From an uncultured Verrucomicrobiota bacterium (GTDB lineage: Bacteria > Verrucomicrobiota > Verrucomicrobiia > Chthoniobacterales > JACTMZ01), in assembly GCA_903934135.1 (NCBI GenBank), contig CAIZMQ010000114.1:12-64011 (forward strand): a stretch of DNA of 64,000 bases, read 5' to 3'. Shown one piece after another: positions 17,434 through 26,730 of this stretch (positions within the stretch are counted from its first letter, which is position 1; every line of letters begins with the position of its first letter). The notes beneath the pieces were generated by a model, which was not told the origin of the DNA, made no database searches, and saw only the letters and a list, made by a program, of their open reading frames with translations. Position numbers and translations under genes: made by a program.

Positions 17434-18458
17434 GCCTGGGCCGCAGGCCCCAAAGGCGCGACAAGGCGGACATTGAGGGGCTTGACCTTGTCATAAATTC
17501 GGTCCGCCACGGTCGGCCCTCCCTCGTAGCCGCGAGCCAGCATCTCGAGCTTGGCATCGAGGTTGTCGATGTAATGCAGCGCGACGGCTTCGGGTGTCTT
17601 CGGTTGGACGGGCGAGCCGAATTGAAGTTCGCCGTGATGCGCGGCAATGAGGTGCAGCAAATGCAGGCGCACGTCTTCGCTCTCCGGTTGGAGGTCTTTC
17701 CAATCTTCCAGTGGAAGGGTTTTCCAGAGGGTATTGACCAGTTCAATCCCGATATTGATGTGACCGAGCAACTCGCCCCGTTCGTCGAAGGGCATGGCGA
17801 AACCGTCCTCCTCCATACAGTTTTCCCAAAGCTTGCCGCAGTCGTGAAAGAGAACCCCTGCTTGCAGCAGGTCGCGGTGCAGTGAGGTGTTGGCGGCACA
17901 AATGGCGGCCGCGTAACGCATCATTTGCGCCACATGCTCGATCAGTCCGCCGCGCCGTGCGTGATGAAAAAAACGGGCGGCCGCCGTGCGACGGAAGCGC
18001 GGGCCGAATTTTTGGAGGAAGGTTTGACCCAATTCCCTCAGCCTCGGGTCCTGCAGCGCCGCGACCGTGGACTCGATGAATTTGTAATCCTCATCCTGCC
18101 GGGCCCGCAGGTCGGCCGGACCGGCGAGGAACTCGTCTTTCTCTGCACCAGTCAGGGGGGCAAAGCTCCAGCGCTTGGCTTCGAGACCGAATTGCGGGTG
18201 CACTGTGAATTCGCCCTCGAGTTTGAGGCAGGCGCCGGTCGCCAGTTCCTGCGCGGCGGTGTATTGCCCGTTGTCCGACCAGACACGCAGGACAAAACGG
18301 TCGCGCGCATCGACCAATTGGACTTCAAGGAACGGCTTGCCATCCTTGGACGCTTTTTCCGTCACCGTCTCGACCAGGACCGGCAAAACGGCCCCGGCAC
18401 GCCCGGCACGGGCCGCGACGCGGAGCGAGGCGATGTCAGTCAGACCGGGCATTGGCAC
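17430..18458 (-). CDS. OB-fold plus HD-domain phosphohydrolase (YhaM-like)
   Basis: N-terminal OB-like segment (KDGKPFLEVQLVDARDRFVLRVW). HD motifs GVLFHDCGK and LIAAHHGE. Start at GTG 18458 or ATG 18452. Confidence 0.7.
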   Translation of the reverse strand: MPMPGLTDIASLRVAARAGRAGAVLPVLVETVTEKASKDGKPFLEVQLVDARDRFVLRVWSDNGQYTAAQELATGACLKLEGEFTVHPQFGLEAKRWSFAPLTGAEKDEFLAGPADLRARQDEDYKFIESTVAALQDPRLRELGQTFLQKFGPRFRRTAAARFFHHARRGGLIEHVAQMMRYAAAICAANTSLHRDLLQAGVLFHDCGKLWENCMEEDGFAMPFDERGELLGHINIGIELVNTLWKTLPLEDWKDLQPESEDVRLHLLHLIAAHHGELQFGSPVQPKTPEAVALHYIDNLDAKLEMLARGYEGGPTVADRIYDKVKPLNVRLVAPLGPAAQA

Positions 18459-19394
18459 TTAGGCTTTGGCCAGGGCTTCCCAGGCCGCACGCTGCGCGTC
18501 GGACAGCGCCACGGGCAATTCCACGTCGACAACGGCATAAAAATCTCCCCGGGTACCCCCGCGTTGCGGCATGCCCCGGCCCGGAATGCGGAATTTGCGG
18601 CCGTTCTGGGTGAGGGGTGGAATCTTCAGCTTGGCTCGTCCGTCCAACGTGGGAATCATGATTTCTCCTCCGAGGACCGCCTGCGTGACTGGCAATTCGA
18701 CTTCGTGGACGATATCGGTGCCTTCCACCGTGAACTCCGGATGACGCTCGAAGCGCGCGCGCAGATACAAGTCGCCGGCCTGGCCGCCCCCGCTGCCCTC
18801 CCCACCGATGCCGGCCAAGCGGATCCGCTGTCCCTCGGCCACGCCCTTGGGAATTTTCACGGTGTAGGTCTCGACCTTGCCGGAGCGTCCGCGGGTGAAG
18901 GAAATCTGCCGCGTCGATCCGTGCAACGCTTCCTCCAGTGTCACCATGATGTCGGCTTCGGCATCCTGCCCGCGCAGGGCGGCGTCCTCGCCGTGGAAGG
19001 CACTGCCGCGGCGGCCGCCGCGCGCCGAGCGTCCGAAAAATGCCTCGAAAAAATCGCTGAATCCCGTGCCGCCAAACTGGAACTCCTCGTCGCCCGCGCC
19101 GGGGCCATAGCCGCCGAAGCCGCCGGGAAAACCGCCGCCACCCGGAGGCGGACGGAACCCGCCGCCGGCCTGCTGCCAATTCGGACCGAGTTCATCGTAT
19201 TTTTTCCGCTTCTCCGCATCGCTGAGGACCTCGTAGGCCTCGTTGATCTCTTTGAATTTTTCCTCGGCCGTTTTTTTGTCCTTGGCCAGATCGGGATGGT
19301 GCTGGCGGGCCAGCTTGCGGAAGGCCTTCTTGATTTCGTCGGGCGTGGCCGTTTTGGCCACGCCGAGGGTCTTGTAGTAGTCGCGGAATTCCAC
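18459..19394 (-). CDS. cbpA: DnaJ-class co-chaperone without zinc finger (CbpA-like)
   Basis: J-domain [31 protein letters not shown], then a G/F-rich linker. No CxxCxGxG repeats. Length is about 310 aa. Confidence 0.8.
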   Translation of the reverse strand: MEFRDYYKTLGVAKTATPDEIKKAFRKLARQHHPDLAKDKKTAEEKFKEINEAYEVLSDAEKRKKYDELGPNWQQAGGGFRPPPGGGGFPGGFGGYGPGAGDEEFQFGGTGFSDFFEAFFGRSARGGRRGSAFHGEDAALRGQDAEADIMVTLEEALHGSTRQISFTRGRSGKVETYTVKIPKGVAEGQRIRLAGIGGEGSGGGQAGDLYLRARFERHPEFTVEGTDIVHEVELPVTQAVLGGEIMIPTLDGRAKLKIPPLTQNGRKFRIPGRGMPQRGGTRGDFYAVVDVELPVALSDAQRAAWEALAKA

Positions 19395-19495
19395 AGGTGG
19401 AAATTTTCCCGAGACTATAGGTTCCCTCCCCCTCGCCCGGCGAACAGATTCCGCCGCTTGGCGGGGGCCGGCGGCCGCGCTACGATGTTCCGACC

Positions 19496-20764
19496 ATGCT
19501 TGATATCCGCCGCCTCCGGGAGAGCCCGGAAACCGTCAAAGCCCTCCTCGCCCGCCGCGGCCCGGGGTTGGAAGCCATGGTCGACGAAGTGCTCGCGACC
19601 GATATCGAACGCCGCACCAACGAGACCCGCTGGCAGCACCTGCAGTCCGAGCGCAAACAGCTGAGCAAGGAGATCGGCGTCCTCCGGGCGAAAAAGGAGG
19701 ACAGCACCGCCTTGGAAGCCGCATCGAAAAAGATGGGCGCGGAAATGGAAGCCCTGCAACTCGCTTCGACCGCGGCGGAGGAGAAACAACGCGAATTGCT
19801 GCTCTCCATCCCCAACACGCCACACGATGAAATCCCGGAAGGCCAGGACGCCGGGGCCAACCCCGTCCTCCGCACTTGGGGCGAGCCGCCGGAACTCCCC
19901 GGTGCCCGGGACCACATGGCCATCGGCACACGGCTCGGGCTGTTCGATGCCGAGCGCGCGGCGAAAATCAGCGGGAGCGGATTCATTTGCTACACAGGGC
20001 AGGGCGCACGGCTCGAACGGGCGCTCATTTCTTTCCTGCTCGACTTGCACACGCGCGACCACGGCTATACCGAAATGAGCCCGCCGTTTCTGGTCAATCG
20101 CGCGACCATGACCGGCACGGGACAATTACCCAAATTCGAGGCCGATCTCTTCGGGGTGGCCGAAAGCGACCTCTTCCTCATTCCCACGGCCGAAGTCCCG
20201 GTGACGAATTTCCACCGCGAGGAAATCCTCCCCGCGGAAAAGCTGCCCCTCAAATACGCGGCCTACACCCCGTGCTTCCGCCGCGAAGCCGGCTCGACCG
20301 GCCGCGAAACGCGCGGCCTCATCCGCATGCACCAGTTCGACAAAGTCGAACTGGTCACCATCACCATGCCGGAACATTCCGCGGCCGGCCTCGAATCGCT
20401 CACTGCCGATGCCGAACGCGTGCTGCAATTGCTCGGGCTGCCCTATCGCGTGATCGAGTTGTGCGGCGGCGACCTCGGCTTCAGCGCGCTCCGCACTTAT
20501 GACATTGAAGTCTGGGCCCCGGGCCACCAAGGCTGGCTCGAGGTTTCCAGCTGCTCGAATTTCGGCGACTATCAGGCACGCCGCATGGGACTGCGCTACA
20601 GGGGGGCGGACGGCAAAAATCACTTCTGCCACACCCTCAACGGTTCCGGCACCGCACTGGCCCGGCTTTATGTCGCACTGCTTGAAAACGGTCAGCAGCC
20701 CGACGGTTCGGTGCACCTTCCGGAAATCCTCCAGCCCTATTTCGGAGCGGCGAAACTTTCCTGA
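19496..20764 (+). CDS. serS: Seryl-tRNA synthetase
   Basis: MLDIRRLRE..., [19 protein letters not shown] and [18 protein letters not shown] (class II motifs). Confidence 0.95.
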   Translation: MLDIRRLRESPETVKALLARRGPGLEAMVDEVLATDIERRTNETRWQHLQSERKQLSKEIGVLRAKKEDSTALEAASKKMGAEMEALQLASTAAEEKQRELLLSIPNTPHDEIPEGQDAGANPVLRTWGEPPELPGARDHMAIGTRLGLFDAERAAKISGSGFICYTGQGARLERALISFLLDLHTRDHGYTEMSPPFLVNRATMTGTGQLPKFEADLFGVAESDLFLIPTAEVPVTNFHREEILPAEKLPLKYAAYTPCFRREAGSTGRETRGLIRMHQFDKVELVTITMPEHSAAGLESLTADAERVLQLLGLPYRVIELCGGDLGFSALRTYDIEVWAPGHQGWLEVSSCSNFGDYQARRMGLRYRGADGKNHFCHTLNGSGTALARLYVALLENGQQPDGSVHLPEILQPYFGAAKLS

Positions 20765-20767
20765 CCC

Positions 20768-21733
20768 GTGAAAAAAGCGGCCGAACTCCTGCCGCGCTTC
20801 CTCCGCCGGACCGGAAGGGTCTGCCCCGCGCAGTGCGCGTTGGTCGGTGTTTCCGGAGGAATCGATTCGGTCGTGCTGCTCGATCTTCTGCAGCGGGCGG
20901 GTTTCCCCCGACTCGTCGTGGCCCACTTCCACCACGGTCTGCGCGGGAAGGCCGCGGATCGTGACGAGAAATTCGTGCGGCAACTGGCCACTGCGGCCGG
21001 CGCCCGGTTCGCCTGCGGCCGCGGCCGTGCCCGGGCGCGCGCCGCGAAAAACAAGGAATCGCTGGAGGAAGCCGCCCGCGAATTGCGGCGGCGATTCTTC
21101 GCCCGGGCGGCAGCTAAACATGCCGCCACCACCATTTTCCTGGCGCACCACGCCGGCGATGCCGCGGAAACCCTGCTCTTCCACCTCGCGCGGGGGGCGG
21201 GACGCCGCGGGCTGGGCAGCCTGCGGGGCGAGGCGCCGCTGGAGAACAGCAGCGCCACCATCGTGCGCCCCCTCTTCGGGTTCACCCGGGCCGAAATCAC
21301 CGCTTATGCCCGCGCACGCAAGCTCGTATGGCGCGAGGACACATCGAACGCTTCGCGGAAATTCACCCGCAATCGCCTGCGCCGGGATGTGTTGCCCGCC
21401 CTGGCCAAAGCCGTGGGGTTCGACCCCGCACCCGCACTGGCCCGCACTGCAGAAATCCTCGCGGCGGAAGAAGAATGGATCGGGAGCCTTGTCGCGCAAG
21501 AAGCAAGGCTCAGGCAACTCGACCTCCCCAGCCTGCGGAGCAAACCGCTGGCCCATCAACGCCGGTTGCTCCGCGCCTGGCTGGCGGCACGCACCGGGAC
21601 CAGCGTGGATTTCGAAACCATCGAGGCCGCACGCCAGTTGGCGCTTTCCGCCGGCCAACCGGCCAAACTCAATCTGCCACAGGGCCGTCACCTGCGCCGG
21701 CGGGCCGGAAAGTTGTTCGTCGAGGAAGCGTAG
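20768..21733 (+). CDS. tilS: tRNA(Ile)-lysidine synthase
   Basis: PP-loop VGVSGGIDSVVLL. GTG start 3 nt after the serS stop. Confidence 0.85.
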   Translation: MKKAAELLPRFLRRTGRVCPAQCALVGVSGGIDSVVLLDLLQRAGFPRLVVAHFHHGLRGKAADRDEKFVRQLATAAGARFACGRGRARARAAKNKESLEEAARELRRRFFARAAAKHAATTIFLAHHAGDAAETLLFHLARGAGRRGLGSLRGEAPLENSSATIVRPLFGFTRAEITAYARARKLVWREDTSNASRKFTRNRLRRDVLPALAKAVGFDPAPALARTAEILAAEEEWIGSLVAQEARLRQLDLPSLRSKPLAHQRRLLRAWLAARTGTSVDFETIEAARQLALSAGQPAKLNLPQGRHLRRRAGKLFVEEA

Positions 21734-21984
21734 GGAAAGCAAATGACAAGCGCCACGGCAGGTAAACCCACCGTGGCGCCGCTCACTACGCTAGAAGACC
21801 GGACGCTTCGCACCCACGGGCGCCCGATCCACATTGGCGTTGGCCGGGCTTGCGCCCGACAATCAACAAAGAACGAGGCAGACTTGCGCCTAACCCGGGG
21901 GCAGACTCCCACAACGATTCACGGGACGAGCGGGCCATGGGACGGATGGCGGTGAAAAAGGGACAAGCGGTCGCAATAATGTGG

Positions 21985-22022
21985 TATCTATTAGATATCA
22001 TCATGTTAGGGCGATTGATGAT
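21985..22022. promoter_or_regulatory. AT-rich palindromes upstream of the sensor kinase gene (candidate operator/hairpin)
   Basis: TATCTA-T-TAGATA is a perfect inverted repeat at 21985-21997. ATCATCA (21997-22003) pairs with TGATGAT (22016-22022) across a 12-nt spacer. The site lies about 70-100 nt upstream of the GTG start at 22090. Confidence 0.3.
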
Positions 22023-22089
22023 TTAGGACGCAGCAAGCGACTATCATTAGCCATTGACCATAGCCCCGTGATTTTGGTCTGACCACGCA

Positions 22090-23898
22090 GTGCAATCGTC
22101 CTCGGCAGCCCTCCTGGCGGAAGTGTCTCCTCCCCGCACTTTCCCGCGACCGCAGGTGTGGGCCCATTTGGTCTTGACCGCACTGACCTGCATGGTGACC
22201 GGTTCTGTGGGGCTTGTCTTCACGCGCGGTGATATTTTTTTCAGTCCTTTTTGGCCGCTCTCGGGAGTGGCCGCGGGATGCATTCTGCTCGGCGGACCAT
22301 GGATGGCGCTCGGCGTCTACGCCGGCCTCGTCATGCACAACGCGATGTGGGGCTTGCCTGTTTTGCTCACCTGGCTGGGACCGGTCGGCCTCGCCTTGGA
22401 ATCCTTGGTGGCTTATTGGCTGGCGTCCCTATTCCTCGGAACTCGTCCGCGGCTAACCGACTTGCGCGGATGCCTCGTCTTCCTTGTCGTCATCCCATGG
22501 TTGCCCGCCGCGTTGAACGGGTTCCTCGGCGCCGGCTTGCTCTTCGCCGACGAAACCATCCTCGGTCAGCAGTTGGGACAGGAATTGGCGACCTTTGTTT
22601 TGGCCAACGGCAGCGGTATTGCGCTGCTCGCCCCCGCTTTCGCGGTCTGGACGCAGGCTCCGGACTCTGCCTGGTGGCGGCGCATGCTTGTTCTCGGGCC
22701 GCTTTGTCTGGGAACGGGCTGGCTTCTCTTTTTCACGTCGTTCGGTCTGCCTCCTTACCTTCTCCTTCTCCCGCTGCTCGCGGCCGCGGTGGTTCTCGGA
22801 CTGCGGGGAGCAGCACCGCTCGTTGCCGCGGAGTCGCTTCTCATCGGATTAGCCGTCCTCCACAACAGAGGCCCCTTCACCGGCCTAGGCCACGGGGCCG
22901 AGGTTTACGGGTCCATGTACCTCTTCCTCGCCCTCACCGCGGTCTGCACCCTGGGCATCTCCGCCATTATTGATCATTACCGCCGCCGACTCGATTTCGC
23001 CGCGCGCGGCACGGCCAGTGCCGGACTGTGCGTTTGGGCATGGAACCACGCCGAGGGCTTGCGTTTCGACCGGATCGGCAACGGATGCCCGCTTGCCGCG
23101 GAGCCGGTCTCAGGGATCGCGCCGGGGACGCTGTTTGATGCGGATCAGGACCGAGGCACACGCGAGACGGAAATCGAGGGACGGCTCGCGCTGTCTTTCT
23201 GGGAAGTATCACAACGGCTCCCCTCCGGCCGAGTCGGTGCGGCGAACGGCGTCGTTTTCGACCTTTCCGAACGCCTCTCCCTCGAACGGGCGCGGCGCCA
23301 AGCGTGGCAGTCGGAAATCGAACTGCGCAACCTGCGGGCCAGCCTGGCCCCGCACCTGCTTTTCAATTGCCTCGCTGCGGTGCGCGGCATCGTGCGCGCC
23401 GATCCCGAGCGCGCCCGCGCTTTCATCGACCACCTTGCGCGCTTCCTGCGCGACAGCACCACCGCGCAATCTCGCGAGACCATCCCGTTGCTCGACGAAT
23501 GGCAGCTCTGCGAGGATTTTCTCGCGTTGCAAGCCATGCGCTTCGAGCGCGAGTTGCCGCGCCTCATCGAGATTGAAGGCGCGGCCTACCATGCCCGTGT
23601 CCCCCCCATGATCCTGCTCAACTTCGTGGAAAACGCGGTCAAGCACGGCCAGGTCGACCAACTCCACCCTCTCATCGTCTCCGCGCGCCTCCACGGGGGA
23701 TGCCTCGATGTCTCCGTGCGCAACCGGGGCACACTCGGTCCCGAACCGGCCAACCGTCCGGGCGGCCTCGGCATCTCGCGTGCACGATTGCATGCCGTCT
23801 ACGGGAGCGCCGCCTCGATCAACATCTCGGAAGCCGACGGCGAAGTCACCGCCTCACTGCACCTGCCCGCGCAGCCTCCCCCGGGCACAACCCCCTGA
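22090..23898 (+). CDS. Membrane sensor histidine kinase, LytS/YehU-like (His_kinase type)
   Basis: The N-terminal half is polytopic. LRASLAPHLLFNCLAAVRGIV is a LytS-type H-box, and the ATPase motifs include GGLGISRARL. Confidence 0.8.
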   Translation: MQSSSAALLAEVSPPRTFPRPQVWAHLVLTALTCMVTGSVGLVFTRGDIFFSPFWPLSGVAAGCILLGGPWMALGVYAGLVMHNAMWGLPVLLTWLGPVGLALESLVAYWLASLFLGTRPRLTDLRGCLVFLVVIPWLPAALNGFLGAGLLFADETILGQQLGQELATFVLANGSGIALLAPAFAVWTQAPDSAWWRRMLVLGPLCLGTGWLLFFTSFGLPPYLLLLPLLAAAVVLGLRGAAPLVAAESLLIGLAVLHNRGPFTGLGHGAEVYGSMYLFLALTAVCTLGISAIIDHYRRRLDFAARGTASAGLCVWAWNHAEGLRFDRIGNGCPLAAEPVSGIAPGTLFDADQDRGTRETEIEGRLALSFWEVSQRLPSGRVGAANGVVFDLSERLSLERARRQAWQSEIELRNLRASLAPHLLFNCLAAVRGIVRADPERARAFIDHLARFLRDSTTAQSRETIPLLDEWQLCEDFLALQAMRFERELPRLIEIEGAAYHARVPPMILLNFVENAVKHGQVDQLHPLIVSARLHGGCLDVSVRNRGTLGPEPANRPGGLGISRARLHAVYGSAASINISEADGEVTASLHLPAQPPPGTTP

Positions 23899-23900
23899 CC

Positions 23901-24635
23901 ATGGAAACCCTCACCGCCCTCGTTGTCGACGACGAACCTGCCGCCCGCCGCGACCTGCTCCAAGTGCTCGCATCCATCGGCCAGGTGAACGTCGTGGCGC
24001 AAGCTTCCGATGCCGTCGCCGCGCAACAACTCGCGCGGCGCCACCGTCCGGACCTCGTCTTCCTGGATATCCAATTGCCGGGAGCCGATGGATTCACCGT
24101 CTTGGACGAAATCGATACCCTGCAGAGCTGCGTTATCTTCACCACCGCGTATGCGCAATTTGCCATCCGTGCTTTCGAAGTGGGTGCCGTGGACTACCTG
24201 CTTAAGCCAGTCGAGGGAGACCGTTGCCGGCGGGCCATCGAGCGGGCGCGGGAAATCCTCCGGCGGCAACATGGCGATAGGCAAAACGGCACGCTGGAAA
24301 TCGAGGAACGCGGACGCCACGTGCGCGTGGCTGTCGATTCCATCCGTCTGCTCAACGCCGACGGCAACTACATTGAAGTCGTCCATGAGCAAGGCCGCGG
24401 CCTGGTGCGCCGCACCCTCGAGGGTCTGCTCGCCGAGTTGCCGAACGACTGGTTGATCCGGCTCAACCGCCACCAGGCCGTGCACCCGTCCGCGGTGCAA
24501 GCCTGGAGCGGCAGCGGACAACGCGGGCTCCGCCTCATGCTGCACGACGGCACCGAATTGTCCGTCTCGCGGCGCCGCGCCACCGAAGTGCTGAACCGCA
24601 TCCGCCGCACCGTCGCACCGCGGGTTACCGGGTGA
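23901..24635 (+). CDS. LytR/AlgR-family response regulator (REC + LytTR)
   Basis: METLTALVVDDEPAARRDL...VFLDIQLPGADG is the receiver domain. The C-terminal part is LytTR-like (VRVAVDSIRLLNADGNYIEVV). Start is 2 nt after the kinase stop. Confidence 0.85.
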   Translation: METLTALVVDDEPAARRDLLQVLASIGQVNVVAQASDAVAAQQLARRHRPDLVFLDIQLPGADGFTVLDEIDTLQSCVIFTTAYAQFAIRAFEVGAVDYLLKPVEGDRCRRAIERAREILRRQHGDRQNGTLEIEERGRHVRVAVDSIRLLNADGNYIEVVHEQGRGLVRRTLEGLLAELPNDWLIRLNRHQAVHPSAVQAWSGSGQRGLRLMLHDGTELSVSRRRATEVLNRIRRTVAPRVTG

Positions 24636-24728
24636 AGCAGAGAGGTTATTCTTGCCGCCCGCCGCTGCTTGGTGACAATGATATCCGTTTGCGGCGCGGG
24701 TCACGAGCCTTCGTCCCGACCAAACATT

Positions 24729-25997
24729 ATGGCTAACACAATCCTTGTCGGCGCCCAGTGGGGCGACGAAGGCAAAGGCAAGATCATCGATTACCTCACC
24801 GACGGGGCCGATGCCGTCGTCCGCACGCAAGGCGGCAACAACGCCGGCCATACCATCGTGCACGGCAAGAGGAAATTCGTCCTCCACCTCATCCCCAGCG
24901 GCATCCTGCGGCGTGGCAAAACGTGCGTCATTGCCAACGGCGTCGTGGTCGACCCGCTGGCCCTCGTCACCGAAATCACCGGGCTACGCAAACAAGGAAT
25001 ACCCGTGGGAAAAAACCTCCTGCTCAGCGATGGAGCCCACCTCGTCATGCCCTGGCACCGCGCCTTGGACGAAGCCCGCGAACAGCGCAAAGGGAAAAAC
25101 AAAATCGGCACGACCAAGCGCGGCATCGGTCCGGCCTACGGCGACAAAGCGGCGCGCACCGGACTGCGGGTCGGCGATCTGCTTGACCCCAAGGAATTCG
25201 CCGAAAAATTCAAAGCACGCCTGCGGGAAAACAATGCCGTCCTGCGCACAATGGGCGCGAAGCCCATCCCGCTGCAGCCTTCGCTCCGCCATTACCTCGC
25301 CGCGGCCAAAGCGTTGCGGCCGTTCGTCACCAATACGGTTGTCTGGCTCCATGGCGTCATGGCCCGCGGACACGGCCTCCTTTTCGAAGGAGCCCAGGGC
25401 ACTTACCTCGACCTCGACCACGGCACGTATCCCTTCGTTACCAGTTCGAACACCACGGCCGGCGGCGCCTGCACCGGGTCCGGCGTGCCGCCGCACCGGA
25501 TGGACAAAGTCATCGGGGTGATGAAAGCTTACACCACGCGCGTCGGCGAAGGACCGTTTCCGACCGAGAACGAAGAGATCTCCGATCTCCTCCACGGCAT
25601 GGGCCGCGAATACGGTGCGACCACCGGGCGCGCCCGCCGTTGCGGATGGTTCGACGCCGTGGCCATGCGCTATGCCGCGATGATCAACGGTATCGATGAA
25701 CTGGCCATCACCAATCTCGACGGACTCGACCACGTCCCGGTGATCAAAGTCTGCACCGCTTACAAACTCGGCGGCAAAACGCTCAAACACCCGCCGACCA
25801 GCGCGGCCGACTGGGCCCTTTGCCGTCCGGTCTATCGCACCTTCCGCGGTTGGATGAAGGACACTTCCAAGGCGCGCCGCTTCGGCCAGTTGCCGCCTGC
25901 CGCGCGCGTCTACGCGAAGGCCCTCGCGGAATTGACCGGGGCAAAACTTTCCATTGTCAGCGTCGGCGCGGGACACGACGAGACCATCCGGCTGTGA
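24729..25997 (+). CDS. purA: Adenylosuccinate synthetase
   Basis: VGAQWGDEGKGK, GGNNAGHT and TTKRGIGPAY. Confidence 0.95.
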   Translation: MANTILVGAQWGDEGKGKIIDYLTDGADAVVRTQGGNNAGHTIVHGKRKFVLHLIPSGILRRGKTCVIANGVVVDPLALVTEITGLRKQGIPVGKNLLLSDGAHLVMPWHRALDEAREQRKGKNKIGTTKRGIGPAYGDKAARTGLRVGDLLDPKEFAEKFKARLRENNAVLRTMGAKPIPLQPSLRHYLAAAKALRPFVTNTVVWLHGVMARGHGLLFEGAQGTYLDLDHGTYPFVTSSNTTAGGACTGSGVPPHRMDKVIGVMKAYTTRVGEGPFPTENEEISDLLHGMGREYGATTGRARRCGWFDAVAMRYAAMINGIDELAITNLDGLDHVPVIKVCTAYKLGGKTLKHPPTSAADWALCRPVYRTFRGWMKDTSKARRFGQLPPAARVYAKALAELTGAKLSIVSVGAGHDETIRL

Positions 25998-26719
25998 GCA
26001 ACCCCGCCGGAGTCCCTGCCGAAAAAATCCCGCGACATATCGCGATCATCATGGACGGCAACGGCCGCTGGGCCCGCGAGCGCGGGTTGCCCCGCATTGA
26101 AGGGCACCGCCGCGGATCGGAAGCGGTGCGGGCCTGCACCGCCGCGTGCATCGAGGCCGGCGTCTCGCATCTCACCCTTTACGCGTTCAGCAAGGAGAAT
26201 TGGCAACGTCCGCCCGACGAGGTCAAGGCCCTGATGAACCTGCTCGACCGCTTCCTCGCCGAGCGCACGGCCGAAATCATGGAGCGCAATATCCGCCTGC
26301 GGGCCATCGGCCACCTCGATGATTTGCCCGATAACACGCGGCGGCGACTCGATACCACGATGGAGAGGTCGGCCGGAAATACCGCGATGACTCTCACCCT
26401 CGCCCTGAGCTACAGCGCTCGCACCGAGATCACGGATGCGGTGCGCACGGTCGCCCGCGAAGTGCGTGACGGCGCCCTCGATCCGGATGCCGTCACCGAA
26501 GAAACCATCACCTCCCGCCTTTACACCGCGGGCCTCCCCGACCCCGACCTCCTCATCCGCACCTCCGGCGAAATGCGGGTTTCAAACTTCCTTCTTTGGC
26601 AGATCAGCTACGCCGAAATTGTGGTCACGCCGAAACTTTGGCCGCAATTCGGCCGGGAAGATCTTTTCGCCGCGATCCGGGAATATGCTGGACGTCATCG
26701 CCGTTACGGAGGCATCTGA
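25994..26719 (+). CDS. uppS: Undecaprenyl-diphosphate synthase (cis-prenyltransferase)
   Basis: HIAIIMDGNGRWA and IRTSGEMRVSNFLLWQISYAE. The GTG start overlaps the purA stop (GTGA). Confidence 0.9.
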   Translation: MSNPAGVPAEKIPRHIAIIMDGNGRWARERGLPRIEGHRRGSEAVRACTAACIEAGVSHLTLYAFSKENWQRPPDEVKALMNLLDRFLAERTAEIMERNIRLRAIGHLDDLPDNTRRRLDTTMERSAGNTAMTLTLALSYSARTEITDAVRTVAREVRDGALDPDAVTEETITSRLYTAGLPDPDLLIRTSGEMRVSNFLLWQISYAEIVVTPKLWPQFGREDLFAAIREYAGRHRRYGGI

Positions 26720-26730
26720 CAGATTTGCCC

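Noticed and set aside
21743-21955. 70-aa ORF and possible tRNA, tmRNA, SRP or RNase P gene in the tilS/kinase spacer.
   Set aside because: The ORF has no start context or motif. I could not find tRNA T-arm/acceptor features or the conserved cores of tmRNA, SRP or RNase P RNA by eye. The region is left as unexplained spacer (see finding).
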